25,513 nucleotides of DNA, taken from a virus. Taxonomy: Duplodnaviria; Caudoviricetes. The stretch is taken from positions 1 to 25,513 of IMG/VR virus record IMGVR_UViG_3300011335_000091; one strand, written 5' to 3'. The position numbers and the translations under genes are program-made. Below are positions 1 through 8,042 of the stretch, in pieces; the stretch's first letter is position 1, and each line of letters starts with the position of its first letter. Below the pieces are notes generated by a model. It saw only the letters and a program-made list of their open reading frames with translations. It was not told where the DNA came from and did no database searches.

Positions 1-27
1 AAGTATGACCTGTTCGGGCTTAATCAT
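1..27 (-). CDS. terL: 5' end of another terminase large subunit (partial; MIKPEQVIL...)
   Basis: ATG at 27 overlaps the HNH stop by 8 bp (ATGATTAA), matching ATGACTAA at 13656-13663; peptide resembles MIKPQSVL in unit A TerL; only 9 codons visible. Confidence 0.6.
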
Positions 28-310
28 GGCTTACGCTCACGTTTTCAGGAGATATACGATCATGGAGAGTCGGGGGTGTTCTATCATGCTCAAAAAAAGA
101 CCCCCCTCTGTGTAAATTGCATGATTGGCATAATACCCGCAAATTATCATCAAGGTCACTGCCATTTAAACGCTTTGGAATTATATGATCAATGTGCAGT
201 TGCCCCTCAGTTTGCCCACACAACTGACATGTTGATTGATCCCTTTGCAATATGCGTTGCCTAACTTTACGCCAACCTTTATGACTGCCATTTGCCCATG
301 ACTTAGACAT
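20..310 (-). CDS. HNH endonuclease, terminase-associated (HK97 gp74-like)
   Basis: RD..CQLCG...HIDHIIPK..NGSD.DDNL..LCQSCN HNH signature; immediately upstream of a terminase start. Confidence 0.92.
   Translation of the reverse strand: MSKSWANGSHKGWRKVRQRILQRDQSTCQLCGQTEGQLHIDHIIPKRLNGSDLDDNLRVLCQSCNLHRGGSFFEHDRTPPTLHDRISPENVSVSHD
61..80. repeat. 20-bp direct repeat CATGGAGAGTCGGGGGTGTT, copy 1 (candidate cos/genome end)
   Basis: Identical to 13697-13716; lies in the HNH 3' end next to an A-run/C-run (AAAAAAAGACCCCCC); the cos role is inferred. Confidence 0.7.
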
Positions 311-753
311 TAGTAATTCTTATGTATTGTCCAGTAAACCCAGGCATTGCAGGGTGTGCCATAACGCGAGCGCACATATTTCAAGCCCCATTGCACCTGA
401 GTAAATCCATCCATGTGTTGCAGTTTTTTATTCTTTAATTGAGGTATGCCATAAGCACCACCTGACTTGTTATGTGCAGCTGTATTCCAATTTGATTCTT
501 TAGTCCAAAGATCAATTAAACATGTATATTCTTTGTAATCAACAATGAGAGTGTGTGCATATAACTTATACATGTCAGGGTTTGTTATAGACCAACTATT
601 TTGCGCAAACATAATCTCCATAAGGAGAATACATAGTGCGCCCGTTAGTGAGCCACGCATTGAGCCATATCGCCTCGCGGCTCTATGCGCGGATGGTGAG
701 CGTATCAGTGATGGGAATAGATGAGTCAAGTTAGTCATGGGATTATTTGGCAA
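310..753 (-). CDS. Lytic transglycosylase (SLT/lysozyme-like) with hydrophobic N-terminal segment; true start possibly 660
   Basis: C..LW.KESNWN..A.N..GGAYGIPQ...Q..WG..Y..RYG.PC.AW motif; promoter-like hexamers at 699-729 suggest a start downstream of them. Confidence 0.8.
   Translation of the reverse strand: MPNNPMTNLTHLFPSLIRSPSAHRAARRYGSMRGSLTGALCILLMEIMFAQNSWSITNPDMYKLYAHTLIVDYKEYTCLIDLWTKESNWNTAAHNKSGGAYGIPQLKNKKLQHMDGFTQVQWGLKYVRSRYGTPCNAWVYWTIHKNY
653..692 (-). ncRNA. Putative structured RNA leader upstream of or overlapping the SLT start
   Basis: CCGCGCAU/AUGCGUGG outer stem enclosing GAGC-CGC-GAG-GCG-AUAUG-GCUC; same fold at 14267-14309. Confidence 0.5.
699..729 (-). promoter_or_regulatory. 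Putative sigma70-type promoter TTGACT-N19-TACGCT for the SLT-HNH-terL operon
   Basis: TACGCT and an upstream TTG hexamer are conserved at the homologous site in unit B (14314-14343). Confidence 0.5.
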
Positions 754-782
754 AACCGCAGGTCACACTGCATGAAACTGTC

Positions 783-799
783 ATCTCAATATGTGAGAT
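783..799. promoter_or_regulatory. Perfect inverted repeat ATCTCA-N5-TGAGAT, possible operator
   Basis: Dyad in one of the few intergenic gaps (754-803). Confidence 0.4.
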
Positions 800-803
800 A
801 ATC

Positions 804-1022
804 CTAAGATTCTGATGATTCATCATTTCCTACAAAATGAACCCTCATTTGCCCACAACCTGTGCATTCCATTGTGGACAATCCAGGTGGCAATGTGTCA
901 CCAACTACCCTGGGAATCCACTCAGTTTTTAAGCTCTTATATTTGCCACCTTTTGCATTCAGTATGGCAACGCACATTTGGCAATCAAACATTGGCAATT
1001 CCTCAAATCCTGACATTGGCAT
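804..1022 (-). CDS. Small Zn-ribbon protein (CxxC...CxxC)
   Basis: FDCQMC...ECTGCG; homologue at 14886-15068 (FDCSIC...TCLGCG). Confidence 0.75.
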   Translation of the reverse strand: MPMSGFEELPMFDCQMCVAILNAKGGKYKSLKTEWIPRVVGDTLPPGLSTMECTGCGQMRVHFVGNDESSES

Positions 1023-1503
1023 AATTACTCCTTAATAGGCTTTCAATAGGTTGCAGATTGATTTGGCTAACCCACCATGAATCAGCCTTATTGTTGCGAT
1101 AGCGGGGTCGCCTAGCCACTACAACTGGTATCCAGCCCACCACAAAGAGATCAGGGCATTCTCCCACAACTAGCACCGCCACATCAGATTCCCGATCTTT
1201 TGGATACACAATTAAATGACCCCCATGCCAGCCTGTGTGCTTAACCTCAATGTTGTCTAAGAGATCAGCCTGAGATTTAAAAGTGTTAATTGTGGGTTTG
1301 AAATCAGTGATCCCCAGGGCTTTGGCAACTGCAATTTCAGCAGCTGCGCCATTTGATCCCATCAGAATGTCATTGAAATAATTTTGTGCAGTTTTTCTCT
1401 CAAAGACATTTTTCATGTTGCGCTCTTTGCAATACTGTGCGCGTTGCAAACCAACCTGTGCTGACATAATTTCATCAGCACTGGTCAATTGTATTTTCAT
1501 CAT
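1003..1503 (-). CDS. Conserved phage protein, possible PD-(D/E)xK nuclease-like fold
   Basis: AAEIAVAK..G...F.PT.NTFK...D....IEVK motif; homologue at 15055-15543; ATGA overlap supports start 1503. Confidence 0.7.
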   Translation of the reverse strand: MMKIQLTSADEIMSAQVGLQRAQYCKERNMKNVFERKTAQNYFNDILMGSNGAAAEIAVAKALGITDFKPTINTFKSQADLLDNIEVKHTGWHGGHLIVYPKDRESDVAVLVVGECPDLFVVGWIPVVVARRPRYRNNKADSWWVSQINLQPIESLLRSNYANVRI

Positions 1504-1691
1504 CTTTGAATGTGTTTGATGTAGCAGCCCTGGCAAATCATCAGGCGGTCATCAATTATTCGGATCATGTGGGCTTTGTTAAATGGTTCAAAACATGAAT
1601 CACATGGTTGCCCCACTTTGTCGTTTAACACCTCACCATCAGCGGTGATGTGTCCAGTCACGCCATTGCGTGTGAATGAAATGCCGCCCAT
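1500..1691 (-). CDS. Small Zn-finger protein (CDSC...CQGC)
   Basis: Start reassigned to ATG 1691, just after the upstream stop; positional counterpart 15540-15731 has the same length. Confidence 0.7.
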   Translation of the reverse strand: MGGISFTRNGVTGHITADGEVLNDKVGQPCDSCFEPFNKAHMIRIIDDRLMICQGCYIKHIQR

Positions 1692-1692
1692 C

Positions 1693-2229
1693 TCAATTCC
1701 AAATTGGCTTGCATTGTGAATCCCGATTTGTAGATGAGCAGACCCAGCCGCTATAAGGTTTGTTTGTCTTTGGGCTGATTCCCATCTTTGCCAACATGTG
1801 TCCATGTGAGCATTGCGGGGCTTCATTGGGTGCAGTGCCAGTTGCAACCTGCTCAATGACCCCACTCATTGTTTGTGCAATAAGTGTTGGTTCATCAATT
1901 GGTGCAGTCCATGACACCCGCGACATCTCCTCAGCGGATGGGCGGGGTTTGCCCTCACTGAATTTGCTGATGTCACCTGTGTGCAAACTGCGACCAATTG
2001 CGCTGGTCAATGCATTTTCCGCTGGAAAGCGGTTGTTGCTTGTCCTGATTTCCTCAGCATAATCAGTTGCAAATGGAAATGGGTCGGTGATCTCTTTGTA
2101 AAGATCACATTGGGCAATGTAGCGTGTGCCATCTTGATGGATCAGCTGCGTGTGAATGCGCCCGCTTGGGTATTTGATCCAAAACTTTTCAATGCGTTCT
2201 GCAACTGTTTCATAGTTTTCAAGCACCAT
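1693..2229 (-). CDS. Putative ssDNA-annealing/recombination protein (Rad52/Sak-like) with C-terminal C-x-HG...C...C motif
   Basis: LENYETVAERI..F...YP.GRI.T and ENA.TSAIGR motifs; homologue at 15728-16330; function tentative. Confidence 0.6.
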   Translation of the reverse strand: MVLENYETVAERIEKFWIKYPSGRIHTQLIHQDGTRYIAQCDLYKEITDPFPFATDYAEEIRTSNNRFPAENALTSAIGRSLHTGDISKFSEGKPRPSAEEMSRVSWTAPIDEPTLIAQTMSGVIEQVATGTAPNEAPQCSHGHMLAKMGISPKTNKPYSGWVCSSTNRDSQCKPIWN

Positions 2230-2386
2230 TTGAAATCCGATTTACTATGTTGCGACTGACTGCAATGCCCCTGGCAAAACCTCTGCGACTGCCAGCGGTA
2301 TCACCACGCTTGATGCCTACTTTAAACCCTATTAGCAGCCCTGTGGCTACCCCTAGGATGCCTGTTAAGGCGTTGATTGTGTTCAT
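2219..2386 (-). CDS. Small membrane-anchored protein with GxxxG repeats; first gene of the early operon
   Basis: TCGGGAG site upstream of ATG 2386; hydrophobic N-terminus then G.KRG...G.RRGF.RG; homologue at 16330-16488. Confidence 0.7.
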   Translation of the reverse strand: MNTINALTGILGVATGLLIGFKVGIKRGDTAGSRRGFARGIAVSRNIVNRISNGA

Positions 2387-2400
2387 TGTGTATCTCCCGA

Positions 2401-2473
2401 ATCTGCCGCCCAATTTGGGGGCTTCAGATCAGTATGACACCGCTATCTGACACCTGGCAACGACCAACACGCC
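2401..2473 (-). promoter_or_regulatory. Early promoter (TTGCCA-N18-CATACT) with GACAC motifs and a 5'-UTR hairpin
   Basis: Hexamers at 2455-2460 and 2431-2436; GACAC at 2436 and 2449 (+ strand); hairpin ATCTG..GCCC/GGGC..CAGAT; parallel layout at 16493-16590. Confidence 0.55.
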
Positions 2474-2480
2474 AATGAGC

Positions 2481-2675
2481 CTATTTACTGCTGAGTATTT
2501 CAAAGATGGAATCTACCCTGGCACTTAACTGCCTAATTTCATCACGCAGGCTTTTTCCACTATTGGGCAAAAGTTCAACCATGATGGATTTTGTCACTAC
2601 TTTGATGACTGAATAGATTGCTGATAGCAGGGCAATTGCGCACCCAATAACCGCAACCCATTCAGTTGTTGTCAT
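2481..2675 (-). CDS. Small membrane protein of the lysis cassette (TM + coiled coil)
   Basis: N-terminal TM then EL.PN.G.S.RD.I..L motif; homologue at 16590-16787. Confidence 0.75.
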   Translation of the reverse strand: MTTTEWVAVIGCAIALLSAIYSVIKVVTKSIMVELLPNSGKSLRDEIRQLSARVDSIFEILSSK

Positions 2676-2863
2676 TACTTTGTTACTCTGCCAAATGCTT
2701 TGTCATTAGGATTTAACCAGCGCAAAATCACTGGGATTGTTGCAGCCAATCCTGCGTTCATTACAATTTTGAGGCTTACTACCTCATAAGTCATGTAACA
2801 TGTCAGCGCAGCTGTGGCAAATGATCTGCCCCAACTAGCCAACATTAGTTTTGCCTTTTCCAT
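2675..2863 (-). CDS. Putative holin
   Basis: 62 aa with two hydrophobic segments, ...RWLNPND..FG end; directly after the endolysin. Confidence 0.7.
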   Translation of the reverse strand: MEKAKLMLASWGRSFATAALTCYMTYEVVSLKIVMNAGLAATIPVILRWLNPNDKAFGRVTK

Positions 2864-2864
2864 T

Positions 2865-3332
2865 TCAACCTGCTTTCCCTATCTTTAGTTTTTCAATCAA
2901 CTCAGCACATTTGGCTGGATTAAGTGAAACCTCAAAATGCATTTCATCTTTTCTATGTGTGTAATCCCCACCCCACTTTAACCCATACTTTTTGCATAAT
3001 GCCTGAATTAGCACTGTTTGCATGGGGGTGAATGTCGCGGCATGACCCAGGGGATGCTTTGTGGCATTCAGATCAATTGCAGTGCCTGATGAATGATTGC
3101 TTAATTTGTCTGATGAACCCCTTATGTTGCGGTAGCAAAAACCCCAATCGTCATTTATTCCAACATCAATGGGTTCAATATGTTGATGAAATTCTGCGGC
3201 AAATGTGACCAGTAGTGGTGCAACCGCAGCTGTACAACGCAGTTTGATCTTTGTGCCTGGCACTGGATATGAACCAATGCCAATGGCAGTTGGATCAATT
3301 GATGCAGTCCAACCATTATGGGATGTAATCAT
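2865..3332 (-). CDS. Endolysin, peptidase M15 family (L-Ala-D-Glu/D-Ala-D-Ala peptidase-like)
   Basis: R...SNHSSGTAIDLN...WGGDY...DEMHFE zinc-peptidase motifs. Confidence 0.9.
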   Translation of the reverse strand: MITSHNGWTASIDPTAIGIGSYPVPGTKIKLRCTAAVAPLLVTFAAEFHQHIEPIDVGINDDWGFCYRNIRGSSDKLSNHSSGTAIDLNATKHPLGHAATFTPMQTVLIQALCKKYGLKWGGDYTHRKDEMHFEVSLNPAKCAELIEKLKIGKAG

Positions 3333-3541
3333 TAGCCCAATAACAGTTTTGCTTCATCCTCAGTTATGCCTAATTTTGCAAGCAATGCAGATTTGGCTAA
3401 TGCCTTTGTTTTGGCTTCGGCTTTTTGTGCCTCATATTGTTCAACATCTTTTTTATATTGGACAAACTCAGCATCATTCATTTCCCTGTCAATTATTTCA
3501 TTTATTTCTGTGTTATGTATTCTTATCATTGGTCTTTTCAT
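3332..3541 (-). CDS. Small tail-fibre-associated protein
   Basis: Coupled to the tail fibre; REM...E...coiled coil...LLAKLGITEDEAKLLLG. Confidence 0.65.
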   Translation of the reverse strand: MKRPMIRIHNTEINEIIDREMNDAEFVQYKKDVEQYEAQKAEAKTKALAKSALLAKLGITEDEAKLLLG

Positions 3542-4449
3542 TAGTTCACCCCATATACATAGACTTCGCCAGCATCAAAAGTGGTGGCAGCGTTTGTGGT
3601 AAAAGCAATAGATGTAATTGCTGCTGTATTGTTCCAACTGATAGTGCCAACCGATGTTCCTTGTGCTGATGTTGTTCCCCTACCTATAAAATTGATTATT
3701 TTATTTTCTGTTTGTGTATATCTGTAAATGTTAAGTTGTGCAAATCCATTGTATTGATAACCAGCGGTTCCCCCCACTGGAAACAATGTTGGATTGCTAA
3801 CATTTGTGCCTGATTGAGCATAAACGCTTGTTGAAACAAATAATGTTGAATAAGCGTAATTATTTCCAGTATCACCATTTAATCTTAATGTGACATCCAA
3901 ATCCGCACTACCATCAACATTTCTTATTAAAATTAACAAGTTTGTATATCCGCTAGCAATTGAAATGGTTGATGAAACTGATCCTGTCAATGTTGTTGTT
4001 GATAATAAACTTAATCCACCTGCAGCAGCGGGGGTTGCCCATTTGACTTTGTATGGTGAAACTGTTGTGTCAGCGGTTAAAACTTGGTTAGTTGTTCCAA
4101 TTGGTAAATTGTCATATGTGCCTGATCCAGTGCCAACAACAATGTCACCTGCCGCAGTGATGGTGGTTGCCATATCATTTGTGACTGTAACTGTGCCTGA
4201 TGTGCCACCACCTGAAATACCAGTGCCTGCGGTGACACCTGTTATATCTCCTGGATTTGCTGCGACCCATGTGAAATCCAAATCAGTTGCTGATGTTTTG
4301 CTTAATACTTGACCAGTTGTGCCACCTAATAAATCTGCAAAATCTGTATCTACCGCTTGACCAAACACCTCAAAATCCGCTGGCAGGTTAGTCACCAAAT
4401 CGGTTGGTTCAGGCATTTGCCAGCCAAAATTGCTGGTTGGATTTGTCAT
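3541..4449 (-). CDS. Tail fibre / receptor-binding protein
   Basis: T.NFGW..P...D anchor, GDITGVTAGTGISGGG repeat, beta-rich C-terminal domain ending YVYGVN. Confidence 0.8.
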   Translation of the reverse strand: MTNPTSNFGWQMPEPTDLVTNLPADFEVFGQAVDTDFADLLGGTTGQVLSKTSATDLDFTWVAANPGDITGVTAGTGISGGGTSGTVTVTNDMATTITAAGDIVVGTGSGTYDNLPIGTTNQVLTADTTVSPYKVKWATPAAAGGLSLLSTTTLTGSVSSTISIASGYTNLLILIRNVDGSADLDVTLRLNGDTGNNYAYSTLFVSTSVYAQSGTNVSNPTLFPVGGTAGYQYNGFAQLNIYRYTQTENKIINFIGRGTTSAQGTSVGTISWNNTAAITSIAFTTNAATTFDAGEVYVYGVN

Positions 4450-4461
4450 GTCATTTCTCCT

Positions 4462-5709
4462 TTATGCAACAATTGTTGCGTTTTCCCAATCTAAAGTTGG
4501 GCTGATTGTAGTCCACTGCTCTACCACTGGCACATCATTCCAACGCATGGCGTTCAAAGAATATGCAAGCGGTGACAATAATGGGGTGATTGAAACCTGG
4601 TTATATGCAGCTCTAAATGTCCAGCCCTCAACAAAGCCTGGGAATGAACCCGCATTCATGTTTAATGGCAAGTCAGCAATAAAGACTGGCATCCCCATGA
4701 ATATCCCAATTAGAGCATCCCTGTCTGAATCACTGATTTCAGGGTTGGTCAATTCATAAGTGATGGAATTAAAGTTTGCCTGTGGGTAGGCTCTTAATGC
4801 CAAATAAAAGGCTGCCTGAGATGTGGCATCTCCAGCATTAAATAAAGTTGTTGTGATGATTTGCGCCAGGTTGCCATAAACCGCAATTGATGCTGGATTA
4901 GTAGCACTGATTTCATTGGTTGAGAGTGACCCATATTTGATGGTTAAGTTGTTGCGCACATCCCCTGCACGCGTTTGAATTTTTAATGAATTTGCCAATG
5001 CATCATTTGCGCTTAAATCCACATAACCATTGGCTGCCAAATAAACTGTGCGGTGAGTGCTGTCCGCATAACTGATTAAACCTGATGCATCCTCATAAAT
5101 GTATCCCAACCCTGATGTTGCCAAAGCTGCAACCAATTGATAAACATCAATGCGACTTGATGCCCTGTTTGCCAATTCATAATTGCCAGGTAGGTCAATT
5201 TCACCTAATCCATTTTGCAAAGCGGTTGCCCAGGTTGTGGCTGGATTAAATGCTGCCCAGGTTTCTGCCGCTGGCACTGATTGCCATTGAGTAAATAACA
5301 CATTTTTTAAGATTGTATAAATTTGAGTGCCATCAAAGGCTTTTGGTAAAATGCCATTAGTCAATGCCTTTTGCAATCTAGCCAATGCACCCAATGCAAC
5401 AATTGTGACTGTTTGAGCATAGGCAATGCCACCTGCATCAGTGATTGAAATGCCAACATCAACAATTGACCCGCCAAAGATCGGCACATAAGCAGCTGTG
5501 GAATCCTGCAATTCAACTGTGATTGATTGATTGATTTCTGCGGTTATTAGTGATTCATCCAGGTTGATCAATTGTAAATTTATGTAACCCGCCTGGGCTT
5601 GCTCATAAATGTTTGTGCGCCCTGATGTAATTGTTAAATTGGATAAGATTGCATTGGTGTAATCAACACCATTGATTTTGACCCGCCAAACTGGATTCCA
5701 AACACTCAT
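4462..5709 (-). CDS. Minor tail / baseplate hub protein
   Basis: Follows the tape measure; GRTNIYEQAQAGY and F.GFVEGW motifs shared with 18991-20145. Confidence 0.8.
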   Translation of the reverse strand: MSVWNPVWRVKINGVDYTNAILSNLTITSGRTNIYEQAQAGYINLQLINLDESLITAEINQSITVELQDSTAAYVPIFGGSIVDVGISITDAGGIAYAQTVTIVALGALARLQKALTNGILPKAFDGTQIYTILKNVLFTQWQSVPAAETWAAFNPATTWATALQNGLGEIDLPGNYELANRASSRIDVYQLVAALATSGLGYIYEDASGLISYADSTHRTVYLAANGYVDLSANDALANSLKIQTRAGDVRNNLTIKYGSLSTNEISATNPASIAVYGNLAQIITTTLFNAGDATSQAAFYLALRAYPQANFNSITYELTNPEISDSDRDALIGIFMGMPVFIADLPLNMNAGSFPGFVEGWTFRAAYNQVSITPLLSPLAYSLNAMRWNDVPVVEQWTTISPTLDWENATIVA

Positions 5710-7187
5710 CTGTCATTTATCCTGAAATTATTTGCACCGCCTGTGCCGCGATAAAATGAATCATTTAAAGTTTCGGTTATGACCCGCGCTGTGGCTTCGG
5801 GATCACCTGCAACGCCAATGTTTACTGTCACTGATGATTGTCCAAATGGTGTTCCAACAAATCCTGAGCCATTGCCCCCAGCCTGACCAAATGGGGTGAA
5901 ATTGGTTGGCACAATTGGTGGCATTGTTACTGTAACACCTGATGCAGTTGCGTTGCCACCGCCTGTGCCACCACCGGCTGTGCTTGTTCCAGGCAAATTT
6001 GGCACTGTTTGTTTTAATGTTGGAATGCCACTATAACCGCCAACATTCTGTGCAGGTAAATCAAAATTGCTTAAATCTGCATTTGAGTTGTTTACCAGGG
6101 CATTTGCAGCTGCCAAAACGCCCGCTGCCACACCAACTGCAACCACACCCGCAATTGGATTTAAAGCAAAATAACTGGCAATGCCCGCAACAATCGCACT
6201 GGCTTTTAACGCATTGTAGGCTTTAATCAATGTTGTAATAATTGCAATTGTGGCTGTTGCATATGATGTTAATTTTGAAATGACAAAGATTGTTCCCAGG
6301 GTAATGCCCAGGGCTGCAATCTCATCTTTAAATGAAACAATTGTTTTGCCAATGCTTTTGATTTTTTCACCAAATAAGAATGCTTTTGTTTCACTGTCTG
6401 TAAATGCTGGACTTAAACCTTGATCCCCAGTCAATCCACCAACAAATGCATTCAATGCTGGCACACCTGTTTCCAAAATAAATGTGGTCAGTTTCTCTGT
6501 GATTGGCAATAAAGCCATGCCAATTCTCTCCTGGGCTTCATCAATTGCAATCTTGATCCTGACAAAACTCTTTTCAGTTGTCTTTGCTTCATTCTCTGCA
6601 AACCCACCAAATGTGCCTGTCAATTTTGTAAATATAGTATCAAAATTGCCTGACTTTAAAATTGATTGATCAATGCCTAATCCTAATTTGCCTAATGCCT
6701 GAGTATTGCCATCATAGGCTTTGCCCAATGCATTGGCTACGGCTTCAAGCGGTTTGCCTGTTGCACTTGAAATGTCCAACGCTAAATTTAATAAATCCTG
6801 CGCTTTGTTTACATCATTAGTGCTGCGGGCTAATCGGCTGAATGCGGGTCTAAGTTCATCATCCGTCACACCAATTGCAATAGATGTCTTATCAATCCAA
6901 CCGCCTACCGCTGCAATTTGATCTTTTGTTGCACTAGTTGTTTTTTCTAAAGTTTCATTTAATTTTCTTTGTGCGCCCTCATCAGCGGCAGCATTCTTTA
7001 CTGATTGATAAGCAAATGCAGCTGCGGCTGCGCCCGCTGCGGCAAACGCCAGGGCTGCCTTTTTGCCAAATTCTGTGGCTTTATCACCAAATGTTTCAAC
7101 ATCTTTTGTGCTGCCTTTTAATGCATCAGTGAGTTGTTTTGTTTCTGCCAGGATAGAGAGTTTAAGGGTGCGAGAACCTGTTGCCAT
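5706..7187 (-). CDS. Tape measure protein (short, about 493 aa)
   Basis: Ala-rich helical protein with hydrophobic and Gly-rich C-terminal part; TAATG overlap supports start 7187. Confidence 0.88.
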   Translation of the reverse strand: MATGSRTLKLSILAETKQLTDALKGSTKDVETFGDKATEFGKKAALAFAAAGAAAAAFAYQSVKNAAADEGAQRKLNETLEKTTSATKDQIAAVGGWIDKTSIAIGVTDDELRPAFSRLARSTNDVNKAQDLLNLALDISSATGKPLEAVANALGKAYDGNTQALGKLGLGIDQSILKSGNFDTIFTKLTGTFGGFAENEAKTTEKSFVRIKIAIDEAQERIGMALLPITEKLTTFILETGVPALNAFVGGLTGDQGLSPAFTDSETKAFLFGEKIKSIGKTIVSFKDEIAALGITLGTIFVISKLTSYATATIAIITTLIKAYNALKASAIVAGIASYFALNPIAGVVAVGVAAGVLAAANALVNNSNADLSNFDLPAQNVGGYSGIPTLKQTVPNLPGTSTAGGGTGGGNATASGVTVTMPPIVPTNFTPFGQAGGNGSGFVGTPFGQSSVTVNIGVAGDPEATARVITETLNDSFYRGTGGANNFRINDR

Positions 7188-7636
7188 TACCATTCCTTAA
7201 CTATGCGATCAAAGGCATTTTCCCATTGGGCAATGATGTATGGCTGCTCTTGGCGTAGTGTTGGATAAATAAACCAACCGCGTGAACCCCTGCCAAATTT
7301 ACCTGACCAGTTTGGAAATTGCTTGTATTTGTTTGATCCAAATTCTGCCCCACCCCACAATTGTTGGGTTGTGCCACCACCGCTGAATTTCTGTGATGCA
7401 AAACCAAAACTGATTTCACCAATCTTTGATGATTTGCTGACCCTTGATCCTGCGGCAATTCGATCATCAACTAGGTTTTGTGTGTGGCTAGATGCACCAA
7501 TAATTTTCTTTTGTAGATATACAACCAACGCGCTGGATTCTTTTTTGGCTTCATCAGTAGCCTGATCATCCATTGCACCAAGTGCTTTGATGATGCCCCG
7601 CAGCTCTGACTTGTCATAGGTGATTGCATTATCCAT
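7187..7636 (-). CDS. Putative neck/tail-completion protein (HK97 gp10-like)
   Basis: 149 aa basic protein with G.EFGS and .FIYPTL motifs; homologue at 21642-22091. Confidence 0.65.
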   Translation of the reverse strand: MDNAITYDKSELRGIIKALGAMDDQATDEAKKESSALVVYLQKKIIGASSHTQNLVDDRIAAGSRVSKSSKIGEISFGFASQKFSGGGTTQQLWGGAEFGSNKYKQFPNWSGKFGRGSRGWFIYPTLRQEQPYIIAQWENAFDRIVKEW

Positions 7637-8017
7637 TGCTTCTCTCCTTTAAAATCTCAACTGCGGTCAAAATCTGCTCTGCGCTTTCCCATTCACTCAT
7701 TGGGATTGATGTGGCAATTGCCAATTCAATCAATAAGTAGTTTATGCTTCCGCGCTTGTAACTTTTGGGTCATCAACCCCCACCACCACATCAACAACTG
7801 TTTCACACCAAATTTCAAATGACTTGATTGGTTTCCCAGCACTCTCACGCTTCATGGCGTGATATGCCAAAAACATCAAATCACTTATGCCCAATTTGTC
7901 CTGGGCTTGGCTGATGATGTAACCAGTTTTTTGTTCCCACTTTGCCCACTCAGGTGGCTGGGCAGTGTAGGTTTCTGATGACCCATTTCCATATTCAATT
8001 GTGATTGGTAATTTCAT
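7629..8017 (-). CDS. Tail assembly chaperone, long form via -1 programmed frameshift
   Basis: C CCA AAA slippery site at 7763-7769; -1 frame gives SYKRGSINYLLIELAIATSIPMSEWESAEQILTAVEILKERSNG*, conserved in unit B. Confidence 0.8.
7742..8017 (-). CDS. Tail assembly chaperone, short form
   Basis: Follows the major tail gene; closely similar homologue at 22194-22469. Confidence 0.8.
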   Translation of the reverse strand: MKLPITIEYGNGSSETYTAQPPEWAKWEQKTGYIISQAQDKLGISDLMFLAYHAMKRESAGKPIKSFEIWCETVVDVVVGVDDPKVTSAEA

Positions 8018-8042
8018 TGCTTTTCTCCCGATTCTTTGTTTG

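Noticed and set aside
3541-4449. Diversity-generating retroelement acting on the tail fibre
   Set aside because: No reverse transcriptase and no template/variable repeat pair seen.
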